Shown piece by piece: positions 28,544 through 37,230 of a stretch of 53,953 bases of DNA; positions within the stretch are counted from its first letter, which is position 1, and each line of letters begins with the position of its first letter. Origin of the DNA: a virus. Taxonomy: Duplodnaviria > Caudoviricetes. Below the pieces are notes generated by a model. It had not been told where the DNA came from and did no database searches. It saw nothing but the letters and a program-made list of their open reading frames with translations. The stretch spans positions 1 to 53,953 of the IMG/VR virus record IMGVR_UViG_3300027741_002957. One strand, given 5' to 3'. Made by a program: the position numbers and the translations under genes.

Positions 28544-28795
28544 ATGGAAGCTTTTGAAATTCGCTTAGAATTGGTAAGGATGGCTAAGGACCTTTTGATG
28601 GAAGAATGGCATGCAAACAGAAATGCTGCAGACTGCCAATTTACCCTTGATCGCGAGTTGGCCCTAAAAAATCAGAACGGAGAACCTGTTAACTATCCCA
28701 GCATAGCACCAGTTCCTTCAGTTGAAGAAATTACCAAAGTTGCTGTAAAACTCAATGCATTTGTCAGCCGTAGAGATGGCATTACAATGGACTAA
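28544..28795 (+). CDS. Small conserved T4-like phage protein (FEIRLEL.. family)
   Basis: MEAFEIRLELVRMAKDLL...PSVEEI...A..LNAFVS. Confidence 0.75.
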   Translation: MEAFEIRLELVRMAKDLLMEEWHANRNAADCQFTLDRELALKNQNGEPVNYPSIAPVPSVEEITKVAVKLNAFVSRRDGITMD

Positions 28796-28896
28796 AATGC
28801 GTTTTAACAAGTTATAAATCAATTAAAAAAATATCCAGGATCAACATGTCAATGTTAGAATCTCTGGAGTATTAGTCTAGAATAAAATTATGCTAC

Positions 28897-28927
28897 AACG
28901 GGGGGATGTTACCATCCCCCCGTTTTT
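28897..28927 (+). terminator. Rho-independent terminator
   Basis: AACGGGGGGATG-TTAC-CATCCCCCCGTT followed by TTT. Confidence 0.8.
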
Positions 28928-28934
28928 CATGAGG

Positions 28935-28962
28935 TTGACAAACATGCAGATTTGCATATGCT
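28935..28962 (+). promoter_or_regulatory. Sigma70-like promoter for the topoisomerase operon
   Basis: TTGACA-16-TATGCT. Confidence 0.55.
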
Positions 28963-28992
28963 AGTCATGTCGATACACAGTTGGGAATCATA

Positions 28993-30807
28993 ATGGCTAA
29001 AAAATCAAGCGAAGAAATTGTTAAATTAACCGACTACGACCATCATCGCTTGCGGACGGAAATGTATCTAGGCAGCCGCAATATTCACAGTCAAACAGTC
29101 ATAAATTGGAATGGTAGTCAGCTGATTGCAGAAGAAGTTGCTTGGACGCCGGCCGCATATTCTGCCTTTCGAGAGATATTTGACAATGCTCTGGATGAAG
29201 TTGTCGGTCATGGACATGGATCTCGCATTGATATCACCTACGATCCCAGTACTTTGACATTTGGTGTGTCAGATGATGGCCGTGGTATTCCAATTGACTG
29301 GGATGAAAATGAAAAAATGCACAAGGCTACCTTGGCACTGACGCAGGCTCGTGTTGGCAGGAATTTTGGCACACGTGAAGAAGTGCGTGGTACCAACGGT
29401 GTTGGTTCTTCTGTAGTTGTCAGTTGTTCGCGTTCATTCACCATCGACATCAAACGAGATGGCAAACGATTCCAACAGGAATTTAAAGAATGTACAGAAC
29501 TCATGCCAGATCTCAACATTGGTGAGCCGCGTATCTTCAACAGTACTATGAAATCGGGAACTGAAATCAATTTCACTCTCAGTTCGGTGGTTTTTCCCAA
29601 GGCCAAGATACCGTTGTCGTTTGTCAAGGCCAGGGTATTTGAAGTAGCTGCCAATCATCCTAAAATACGCTTTAGTTTCAATGGTGACAGAGTCGTAGTG
29701 GCCAAAAGCCTCGACAAGACTATGTTTGCCAACAATAATCCCGTGATCATCAGCATACAGGAAGAAAAGTTTCACAGCAATTACTACTTGATTCCGGGAT
29801 TTGGCTCCGAAGGCGAATTTGTGCACAGTACAGTTAACGATATACCTGCATTCAATGGCGGCCAACACATTGATGTGTTTAAAAGGTTGTTTTTCAGTGG
29901 CATGCTAAAAGCCATGGAACGTGAAAGCAAGCGTCGAGGACTGACTCCAAACCGCAGTGATATATCAGAAGGTCTATTGATTTACAACACCACTGTGATG
30001 CATGCTCCAAACTTTGACAGTCAAAGCAAAACACGCTTGATCAATGACGAGGTAGATCGTTGGATCAAAGCCAGTTTAGAAGATGAAAACACATTCAAAA
30101 ACATCCTACGTACTCATAAGGAGTGGTTGGATGAGATCTATGCTCGCTGTGCAGCACGTACTCAAAAACGCGATGATGCAGATATTGCCAAGGCCAATCG
30201 CAAACTGCTGCGCAACAAGGTCCCAAAACTTCTAGATGCCAACGGCAAGGATAGAAGCAAATGTATACTGTTGATATGCGAGGGTGATTGTCTAGCAGAA
30301 GATACAGCTATCGCAATATTTGAAGATGGAAGATTTTGTAGCAAAAAAATTAAAGACATCCAAATAGGTGATTTAGTTTTAACGCATAAAGGCAGAATTA
30401 AACCGGTATGTAATAAACAGGCAAAAATAACAGACGGAATTGCTATTACAACATCATCTGGAAAAACATTAAAAATAAGTCTTGAGCATAAAATACCTGT
30501 TTATAACACACAACTTAACCAATATGAAATTGTAAAAGGCAAAGATTTAGACAAGTCTAAACATAAACTGTTTTCCTCTATAATTGATATGGAGTCTACA
30601 TTTTTTGAAATCGTCGCTGTAAATGATTATGATGATGGAAAATTTAATAAATCAATTTCTTTTACAAATGGTATAATTAATCAAACCTGTATAACGTCCG
30701 AAAATCATTTATTCTCTGTTTTAAATAAATGCACTGCGACCATTGAAAAGGTAGCTGCTAAAAATCTAGACATTGATATCCATTTACTAATGGCACATAA
30801 TTTGTAG
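28993..30807 (+). CDS. Type IIA topoisomerase large (GyrB/ParE-like) subunit, N-terminal piece plus 172-aa IntN
   Basis: GHKL motifs EIFDNALDE, DDGRGIP, GTNGVG; FDSQSKTRL; KLLDAN...LLICEGD, then CLAEDT. Likely start is ATG 28993. Confidence 0.92.
   Translation: MAKKSSEEIVKLTDYDHHRLRTEMYLGSRNIHSQTVINWNGSQLIAEEVAWTPAAYSAFREIFDNALDEVVGHGHGSRIDITYDPSTLTFGVSDDGRGIPIDWDENEKMHKATLALTQARVGRNFGTREEVRGTNGVGSSVVVSCSRSFTIDIKRDGKRFQQEFKECTELMPDLNIGEPRIFNSTMKSGTEINFTLSSVVFPKAKIPLSFVKARVFEVAANHPKIRFSFNGDRVVVAKSLDKTMFANNNPVIISIQEEKFHSNYYLIPGFGSEGEFVHSTVNDIPAFNGGQHIDVFKRLFFSGMLKAMERESKRRGLTPNRSDISEGLLIYNTTVMHAPNFDSQSKTRLINDEVDRWIKASLEDENTFKNILRTHKEWLDEIYARCAARTQKRDDADIAKANRKLLRNKVPKLLDANGKDRSKCILLICEGDCLAEDTAIAIFEDGRFCSKKIKDIQIGDLVLTHKGRIKPVCNKQAKITDGIAITTSSGKTLKISLEHKIPVYNTQLNQYEIVKGKDLDKSKHKLFSSIIDMESTFFEIVAVNDYDDGKFNKSISFTNGIINQTCITSENHLFSVLNKCTATIEKVAAKNLDIDIHLLMAHNL
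30289..30807 (+). mobile_element. Split intein IntN with internally duplicated Hint segment
   Basis: Block A CLAEDT, then two block-B-like segments (KISLEHK and ITSENHL). AT-rich. Confidence 0.85.
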
Positions 30808-30816
30808 CTGAAAAAA

Positions 30817-30856
30817 ACAATTATTTGGATCTATTATGATAGATCCAAATAATTGT
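30817..30856. repeat. Perfect 18-bp inverted repeat between the intein halves
   Basis: ACAATTATTTGGATCTAT-TATG-ATAGATCCAAATAATTGT. Confidence 0.9.
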
Positions 30857-30892
30857 AAAAATACAATATCTAATAGTAGGTAAGGTACAACA

Positions 30893-31666
30893 ATGAATAT
30901 AAATGAAAGTTTGTTTTTAATGGAAGATATAATAGATATCTCTCCTATAGGGAAAACAAACATGTATGATATACAAGTTATGGATGACGAAACATTTGTA
31001 TTATCAAACGGACTGCTAAGTCATAATAGCGCAAAAAGCATGGTGGCCGCCGTTCGCCATCCCGAAATCCATGGTGCTCTGCCACTGCGTGGCAAAATCC
31101 TCAATGTCAGAGGAGAGTTGCCAAAGACCATTATTGAAAACCAAATCATCAGCGATATCATGACTTCACTGGGCGTTGGTCTAGGCCAACCTGCCAATCG
31201 GCGAGACATGCGGTATGGCAGTGTCTATCTAGCAGCAGATCAAGATCCCGACGGAGCCAATATTACTGCACTGTTGGTCAATTTTTTCTATCTACATTGG
31301 CCAGAATTGTTTGACCCAAAACTCCCTCCGGTATTTTATGTGTTCCAGACACCGTTCATCATACAGGAAAAGGGTAAGAAAAGAACCTACTGGTATGCCG
31401 ATGACTATCATCTCTACAATGCAGATGATTGGAAAGGGGCTCCAAAACCAACTCGTGCCAAGGGTTTGGGCAGTCTAGAAGAAATTGATTGGATACACAG
31501 TCTTTCTAATCCACGATTAATCCCCCTGACAGACGACGGAGCACTGTCAGAAGCCCTTGATTTGATTTTCAATGCAAGTCGCGCAGATGATCGCAAAGCC
31601 TGGGTAGCACTGAGTGGTGAGACTGCTGACACAACAATGTCCGGAAATCAGGCAGGACAAAACTAG
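30893..31666 (+). CDS. Topoisomerase large subunit C-terminal piece: IntC (45 aa, 30893-31027) plus Toprim
   Basis: MYDIQV..DETFVLSNGLLSHN|SAKS restores EGDSA. Also PLRGKILNV, DQDPDG, KGLGS. Confidence 0.92.
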   Translation: MNINESLFLMEDIIDISPIGKTNMYDIQVMDDETFVLSNGLLSHNSAKSMVAAVRHPEIHGALPLRGKILNVRGELPKTIIENQIISDIMTSLGVGLGQPANRRDMRYGSVYLAADQDPDGANITALLVNFFYLHWPELFDPKLPPVFYVFQTPFIIQEKGKKRTYWYADDYHLYNADDWKGAPKPTRAKGLGSLEEIDWIHSLSNPRLIPLTDDGALSEALDLIFNASRADDRKAWVALSGETADTTMSGNQAGQN

Positions 31667-31945
31667 ATGATCAACAACGATGTGATAAATTTCACTAGAG
31701 ATTATCAATATGAAATAGGTCGCATGCTGTTTTCACATGATCAAGAAAACCTGGAACATAGTTATGATCTACTGTTTAGTCTACACTGCCAGTCAGCAAT
31801 AGAATGGTGCAATGTGAATTATCCAGATCAAATTATCTATACCAGGCACTTTGAGCCCGGGAAGAACTTGGACCACAGCGTTTTGGCATGGTATGCTGTG
31901 TTCCCGGATCAATCCTCGCTGCTGCACTTTATACTTAGCCGCTAA
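31667..31945 (+). CDS. Small hypothetical protein
   Basis: 92 aa. The EWC...W...F.D....L.F.L pattern is shared with 51564-51800. Confidence 0.6.
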   Translation: MINNDVINFTRDYQYEIGRMLFSHDQENLEHSYDLLFSLHCQSAIEWCNVNYPDQIIYTRHFEPGKNLDHSVLAWYAVFPDQSSLLHFILSR

Positions 31946-31963
31946 CCTAGGATCGACACAGTT

Positions 31964-33322
31964 ATGACCAACATTGGTACCACAGGATTCATCAAGACTA
32001 CCAGCAGAGACTATTCAATTTATGTGTGTCAAAGCCGAGGAATACCAAGTGTAAGTGATGGTCTCAAAGACAGCCAGCGCAAAGCACTGTTTGTCATGAA
32101 AACACAAAATGAAAAACTGAAAACCATCTCATTAGCTGGTAGATTGATTTCAGAAAACATCTATCTACACTCTGATGCTTCTGCCTGTGATACCATTTCA
32201 ATGATGGCTGCGCCATACTGCAACAATGTACCATTGTTCAGTGGTATTGGCGCATTTGGAACCAGGGTTGGTCCCAGCGACTGGGGTGCCCCGCGCTATA
32301 CCTATGTAAAGAAAAATTCACACACAGAGGCTTTGATCTACACCGACTACGACATAATACCCCTCAAGGAAAACTATGACGGATCTGTGCTGGAACCAAA
32401 ACATTTCCTACCATTGATCCCATTGGTGCTGTTGAATGGTGTAAGTGGTATTGCGGTTGGTTGGAGCACAATGATACTGCCGCGCAAATTCTCTGACATC
32501 ATTAACGCTACACTGGCAGCTATTGACAAGAAAGACAAATTGCCAGCAATGATGCCAATTTATGAATACCTCGACTGTTTGGTTCGCGGTCTGGGCGACA
32601 ACGGGTATGAGTTTACGGGCAAGGTAAAGGTTGATGGCAGCACCGTTACGGTAATGGAACTACCTCCAGATCTTTCATTAGAAAAGTTTAAATCTAGATT
32701 GAACAAGATGGAAGATGATGAGCAGATACAAACCTATATTGATCGCAGTACCAAAGACATACGTATTGATGTGCGATTCAAACGCGGTACTATAGACGGT
32801 TGGACTGAAGAAAAAGCTATTGAATTTCTCAAGTTAAAAAGCAGAACCACCGAACGACTGGTAGTGCTGGACTGGGATGGCAACAACATCAAGCAGTATG
32901 ACAACAGTGAACTGCTGATGAGGGATTTTGTAGAATGGCGTCTGGGTTTTTATGCTGTGAGATATCAAAAACTCATCAAGGATGCCACATATCAACTGCA
33001 TTGGAATCAAGCACTCAAGGAGTGCTATGAACATGGTTTACCAGCATTTCTTGCCAAGGCCAAAAACAAAGGCGATATCCTAAAGAAGATACAAGAACTG
33101 ACAGTGAACATTCCAATTGATGCAGGGCAGCAGGATCGCATTGCCAGTTTGCCCAGTTATAGATGGGCAAGAGATGCGTATGATGAGACTCTGGCACGCA
33201 TCAATGAATTAACGTCAACTATAGACAATTACAAAAATATTCTCAACGACGAAAATCAAATGCGTGCAATTTACAAGCAGGAAGTAATGGCTTTGAAAAA
33301 ATTACCCAGCATTGACAGATAA
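31964..33322 (+). CDS. Type IIA topoisomerase medium (GyrA/ParC, gp52-like) subunit
   Basis: RGIPSVSDGLKDSQRK, YLH.D, APRYT (catalytic Tyr), LLNGVSGIAVGWST. Confidence 0.93.
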   Translation: MTNIGTTGFIKTTSRDYSIYVCQSRGIPSVSDGLKDSQRKALFVMKTQNEKLKTISLAGRLISENIYLHSDASACDTISMMAAPYCNNVPLFSGIGAFGTRVGPSDWGAPRYTYVKKNSHTEALIYTDYDIIPLKENYDGSVLEPKHFLPLIPLVLLNGVSGIAVGWSTMILPRKFSDIINATLAAIDKKDKLPAMMPIYEYLDCLVRGLGDNGYEFTGKVKVDGSTVTVMELPPDLSLEKFKSRLNKMEDDEQIQTYIDRSTKDIRIDVRFKRGTIDGWTEEKAIEFLKLKSRTTERLVVLDWDGNNIKQYDNSELLMRDFVEWRLGFYAVRYQKLIKDATYQLHWNQALKECYEHGLPAFLAKAKNKGDILKKIQELTVNIPIDAGQQDRIASLPSYRWARDAYDETLARINELTSTIDNYKNILNDENQMRAIYKQEVMALKKLPSIDR

Positions 33323-33330
33323 ATAACAAA

Positions 33331-33786
33331 ATGAAACTGCAAGATCTACACAACAGGCACCGAGCTGGCGCAGGCATTTTGATATACTGCTTGAAGACTG
33401 ACAAGTTCTTGATGATCCAACGCAGTGAATACGTGAATGAACCTCTGAAATGGGGCCTACCGGGGGGCAATGTAGATGGCAACGAAACCCCTGAATCGGC
33501 AGCACGCAGGGAAACTTTGGAAGAAATTGGTATGACCATTGGCGATGCACCGATGGTGCTGATTTATACCAACACTGTGCATGCTCCTCGTTTTACCTTT
33601 TATACTTTTGCCTGCACAGTGGCAAATGAATTTGAACCAAAACTCAATTATGAATCGTCTGACTACTGCTGGTGTAATCTAGACAGTCTACCAGAGACAC
33701 TGCATTGGGGAATGAAGCAGATGCTGAATCATGACAATGCTGCCAAACTGCTGCAGGCCTTTGTTCAAGAGCAGAAAAAACACTAA
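33331..33786 (+). CDS. Nudix hydrolase
   Basis: Nudix box GGNVDGNETPESAARRETLEEIG. Confidence 0.92.
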   Translation: MKLQDLHNRHRAGAGILIYCLKTDKFLMIQRSEYVNEPLKWGLPGGNVDGNETPESAARRETLEEIGMTIGDAPMVLIYTNTVHAPRFTFYTFACTVANEFEPKLNYESSDYCWCNLDSLPETLHWGMKQMLNHDNAAKLLQAFVQEQKKH

Positions 33787-33887
33787 TCCCAATTGTGAAC
33801 GCTACCATGGTAGCGATATGCAACCCGTCTAAAACCATTGACATAACAGTAGATGGTGTTAGTGTATGCGGACCTAGAGGATATTTT

Positions 33888-34874
33888 ATGGACCTGTTGT
33901 GCAAGGACAAAGTGTTAAAATTATTTGCCAACAGCAGGCAGTGCCTGCTGGGCATCAGCGGTGGCATAGACAGCATGTGTATGTTGACATGGTTTGCCAA
34001 AAATCGTTCAGAATTTCCGTTTGAAGTCAAAGCCATACATGTGAATCATGGGATCAATGCGCTCAGTGACACATGGGCACACTTTGTTGAGGATCGCTGT
34101 AGGGATTTGTCGATTGATCTTATCACAGTAAAAGTCAGCCTCGATGGTCTTGGTAATAATCTTGAATACGCCGCACGCAAGGCTAGATACCAAGCCTTTT
34201 GCGAATCACGTGCCGACAGCATTGTTCTAGCACATCATGCTAATGATCAATGCGAAAGTTTTTTCTTGAAACTTTTCCGAGGCAGCGGCATACGCGGTTT
34301 GAAAAGCATGTTACCTGCTGTGCCCTGCTGGTATGACGAATCTGTGACGGTGCTTAGACCAATGTTGGAAGTCACTCGGCCGCAGATCGAACTATGGGCC
34401 GAAGAACACAATATCACTGCTGTGCAAGACCCCAGCAATCGAGACAACAGTTACGACAGAAACTACATAAGAAACAAGATCTGGCCGGTCATTACTGATC
34501 GTTTTGGTGTAGCAGATGTCAACGTCCTGCGCAGTGTAGCTCATATCGAAGAGGCTTGGCAATTAACTAGAATTTTAGCTGATCAGGATCTGTCACGTGT
34601 CACTGCCAAACCAAATGTGCTGGATTGGTATCGAGTGAGAGACCTAGGCTATCTCCGCATTAAAAACATGGTGTTGAGGATTTTAGAACTAGAGGGAGTA
34701 TATACGTTTAGTGCAGGGCAGGTTGAACAGTTTGCCAATGGTCTGGTCACTGCAAATCTAGACAATCGCAACCAACTACTGACCAAAAATCTACGTATTC
34801 GCAAGATAGGCAAGAGAATCTTTGTCGAACGTTTGACGCCGACGGCTGCAGACAATAAACTAGTGCATGCATGA
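33888..34874 (+). CDS. tilS: tRNA(Ile)-lysidine synthetase
   Basis: SGGIDS, HVNHG, E..AR.ARY, AHHANDQ.E, RGSG, RPML, DPSN...YDRN.IR. Likely start is ATG 33888 after AGAGGA, with TTGACA at 33838. Confidence 0.9.
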   Translation: MDLLCKDKVLKLFANSRQCLLGISGGIDSMCMLTWFAKNRSEFPFEVKAIHVNHGINALSDTWAHFVEDRCRDLSIDLITVKVSLDGLGNNLEYAARKARYQAFCESRADSIVLAHHANDQCESFFLKLFRGSGIRGLKSMLPAVPCWYDESVTVLRPMLEVTRPQIELWAEEHNITAVQDPSNRDNSYDRNYIRNKIWPVITDRFGVADVNVLRSVAHIEEAWQLTRILADQDLSRVTAKPNVLDWYRVRDLGYLRIKNMVLRILELEGVYTFSAGQVEQFANGLVTANLDNRNQLLTKNLRIRKIGKRIFVERLTPTAADNKLVHA

Positions 34875-35586
34875 CAAATCCGCAATAATTGTAATACCGA
34901 CTACAGGAGCCAAAACCCTAGCCGATGCTGTGGCCAGTGCAACCACTCAAACACATACCAATACCACCTGTTTGGTCATCATCGATGGGCCAGAATTTGA
35001 ATCAGCAGCACTGAGCATACTACGGCAGTTTCCTTCTGTAAAACACATGACCCTGCCATGGAACACAGGCAGAAATGGCTGGTATGGACACAGAATATAT
35101 TTTCTCTCAGCGCCGTTGATAGAACAAGATTATTGGCTGGCGTTGGATCAAGACAATTGGTTTGAGCCCGATCATGTAACTAAAATGATCTCTGCCTGCG
35201 AAGCCAACAATTGGCGTTGGTGTCACAGCCTTCGCAAAATACACGATGCTCAGGGTAGGTGGATCTGCGATGATGATTGCGAAAGCCTTGGGCGTTGGCC
35301 GATCTATCTCAGCGACCAGCATCATTTAGTTGATACGTCTACCTATTGTATACGCAAAGATGTTATGATAGGCATGGCCCCTGCCTGGTATAGCGGTTGG
35401 GGTGGAGATCGACGCTTTTATTCTGCTATAGCTCAGCATGTACAGGATTTTGGTTGCACAGGCTATACCACAGCATGCTACAGATTGGATGGCAATCCAC
35501 AATCCGTGACCGCAGATTTTTTCATCAAGGGCAACAGTATCATGAATCAGCGTTATCCCAATGGACTACCTTGGCGAGCAAAATGA
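34867..35586 (+). CDS. Glycosyltransferase family 2
   Basis: VIPTTG, IIDG, LDQDNW (DxD), VDTS, GGDR. Confidence 0.78.
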   Translation: MHDKSAIIVIPTTGAKTLADAVASATTQTHTNTTCLVIIDGPEFESAALSILRQFPSVKHMTLPWNTGRNGWYGHRIYFLSAPLIEQDYWLALDQDNWFEPDHVTKMISACEANNWRWCHSLRKIHDAQGRWICDDDCESLGRWPIYLSDQHHLVDTSTYCIRKDVMIGMAPAWYSGWGGDRRFYSAIAQHVQDFGCTGYTTACYRLDGNPQSVTADFFIKGNSIMNQRYPNGLPWRAK

Positions 35587-35628
35587 TTATCTGTAACTGA
35601 GCCCATTAATTTTAAGGAAACCACCCGC

Positions 35629-36276
35629 ATGAAGATAATATTTTGCCTACCTGGCAAGACATTTTCCAACAATTATTTCAACTCATGGAATGCCACGGTA
35701 TCAGTGCTGAGACAAAACAACATAGAATTTGGCTATTCAATGATCTATGATCCTGTAGTTTACTACACTCGCAATCGTATACTTGGTGGGAACAACAACA
35801 GCGGTAGGCATCAAAAACCATGGGGAGGTCAGATAACCTATGACAAAATGATTTGGATAGACAGTGATATGGTCTGGTCTCCTGATGACGTTATGAAGTT
35901 GATTCAGTATGACCTTCCCATAGTTGCTGGAACATATCTCATGTCAAGTGGAGATGCGTTCCCTGTAGTAGAGAACCTAGACTACACACACCTTGTCAAT
36001 TCCGGCACATTTCAATTTATGAGCAAGCATGCTATGGCCAGCAGGACCATGCCATTTGTTGTGAGTTATACCGGATTTGGATTCATTGCTATCAAGGCTG
36101 GCATTCTTGAAACCATGGAGTATCCTTGGTTCCAACCGCGATGGTTTAGCCAGGGTAACTTTCATGATTTCTGTGCAGAAGATGTGGGATTTTGCTGGGC
36201 AGCGCAAGAACTTGGACACAAGATCTGGGTTGATCCTACCATACGTCTTGGTCACGAAAAACTGCTGATCATTTAG
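35629..36276 (+). CDS. GT-A fold glycosyltransferase-like protein
   Basis: WIDSD, GFGF, PWF, EDVGFC, GHEK. Confidence 0.78.
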   Translation: MKIIFCLPGKTFSNNYFNSWNATVSVLRQNNIEFGYSMIYDPVVYYTRNRILGGNNNSGRHQKPWGGQITYDKMIWIDSDMVWSPDDVMKLIQYDLPIVAGTYLMSSGDAFPVVENLDYTHLVNSGTFQFMSKHAMASRTMPFVVSYTGFGFIAIKAGILETMEYPWFQPRWFSQGNFHDFCAEDVGFCWAAQELGHKIWVDPTIRLGHEKLLII

Positions 36277-36314
36277 ACCCCACGACTCCTACTCTATCAG
36301 TGATAAATACACGC

Positions 36315-36752
36315 ATGGACATGCGATCTATTATCACACTCATGGAAAAAGCCTACAAAAAAGGCGACAAGATAGGACGCTGGGCATTCATATATCTAGA
36401 ACCAGAAGACAATTCAGGCGAAAATTATTCGCAATTTGCTCAGTGTGGTACTTGTGTTTTGTTCATGCCTGGAAAAAAACGCTGTGGGCTGTATGGACCA
36501 GACGACAAAGTTGTTGCCAATGCCAGTTGCGGTCTTTATATAAATGGTATGCCGCACGATGACCAACCGTTCTTGGCAGCAGCAACTCCAGAAAATTCAG
36601 GCTATGTTTTAGGGCAGGTACGCTGCGAAAACTGCAGTTGGTACAAGAAAGGTGCTTGTGAACTTTTTGAAAAACTTGATCAGCAACTGCCAGATACCTT
36701 TGAACTGGGATCGGCTGTAGATGCCAAGGGTTGCTGCAACGCCTGGAGTTGA
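36315..36752 (+). CDS. Tandem HiPIP-like Cys-rich Fe-S protein
   Basis: Two C-x2-C..F/Y...C...V...xC..Y/W units. ATG 36315 is 5 nt after GATAAATA. Confidence 0.6.
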   Translation: MDMRSIITLMEKAYKKGDKIGRWAFIYLEPEDNSGENYSQFAQCGTCVLFMPGKKRCGLYGPDDKVVANASCGLYINGMPHDDQPFLAAATPENSGYVLGQVRCENCSWYKKGACELFEKLDQQLPDTFELGSAVDAKGCCNAWS

Positions 36753-36787
36753 AGCAGCAGTGGTCATCCCCCCTGCTGCTGTTTCAC

Positions 36788-36982
36788 TCATTTCTTCACA
36801 TGGGCCATTGAAACAAACAAGTTGACCAGTTCCTTGGCAGGAGACAGGTCAATCAGTTTCTTGTTAAGTGATACCCATTCAGTAGCCAGCGAGGTTTGTA
36901 GGTCGATGCTCTTGCGAGCAGCAGCCGTAGCATAATTAAATACTGCTTCGTTAGCATCTTTGAACGCAGTGTTGTTGATCAT
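36788..36982 (-). CDS. Small helical protein, possibly phasin-like
   Basis: 64 aa, amphipathic and Ala-rich, RBS AGGAG, in an operon behind a PhaR-box-like site. Confidence 0.45.
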   Translation of the reverse strand: MINNTAFKDANEAVFNYATAAARKSIDLQTSLATEWVSLNKKLIDLSPAKELVNLFVSMAHVKK

Positions 36983-37146
36983 TTGAATTCTCCTAGTTTG
37001 GGGTAATGATTGTGATTATGGATCATGCGCAGTCGCAGTTCCAACTCACGTATATCTGCACTAGAAGCCAGCCAACGTTCCTGTTCTGTCATAGTAAAAT
37101 TTTGCCACCATGTGTGCAGGCGTTGCTTAAGATGTTTGAATAACAT
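36979..37146 (-). CDS. DUF3563-like small protein
   Basis: EQERWLASSADIRELELRLR. Likely start is ATG 37146 after AAGGAG. Confidence 0.65.
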   Translation of the reverse strand: MLFKHLKQRLHTWWQNFTMTEQERWLASSADIRELELRLRMIHNHNHYPKLGEFK

Positions 37147-37187
37147 AACTGATCTCCTTGTGCAGTTCACATATTTAGCAAGTTTTA

Positions 37188-37199
37188 TGCTGCACTGCA
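37188..37199 (-). promoter_or_regulatory. Putative PhaR (AniA) binding site
   Basis: TGCAGTGCAGCA on the minus strand fits the alphaproteobacterial PhaR consensus as I recall it (TGCRNYGCASMA). Confidence 0.5.
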
Positions 37200-37230
37200 A
37201 CATGTCACAGAGTATGGCTGCCTTGCGTCA

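Noticed and set aside
30780-30900. T4 gene 60-like translational bypass, or AHN at the IntN end acting as an intein C-terminus
   Set aside because: AHN is followed by Leu and a stop, so there is no +1 nucleophile. A canonical IntC with its own ATG follows, so trans-splicing explains the locus.
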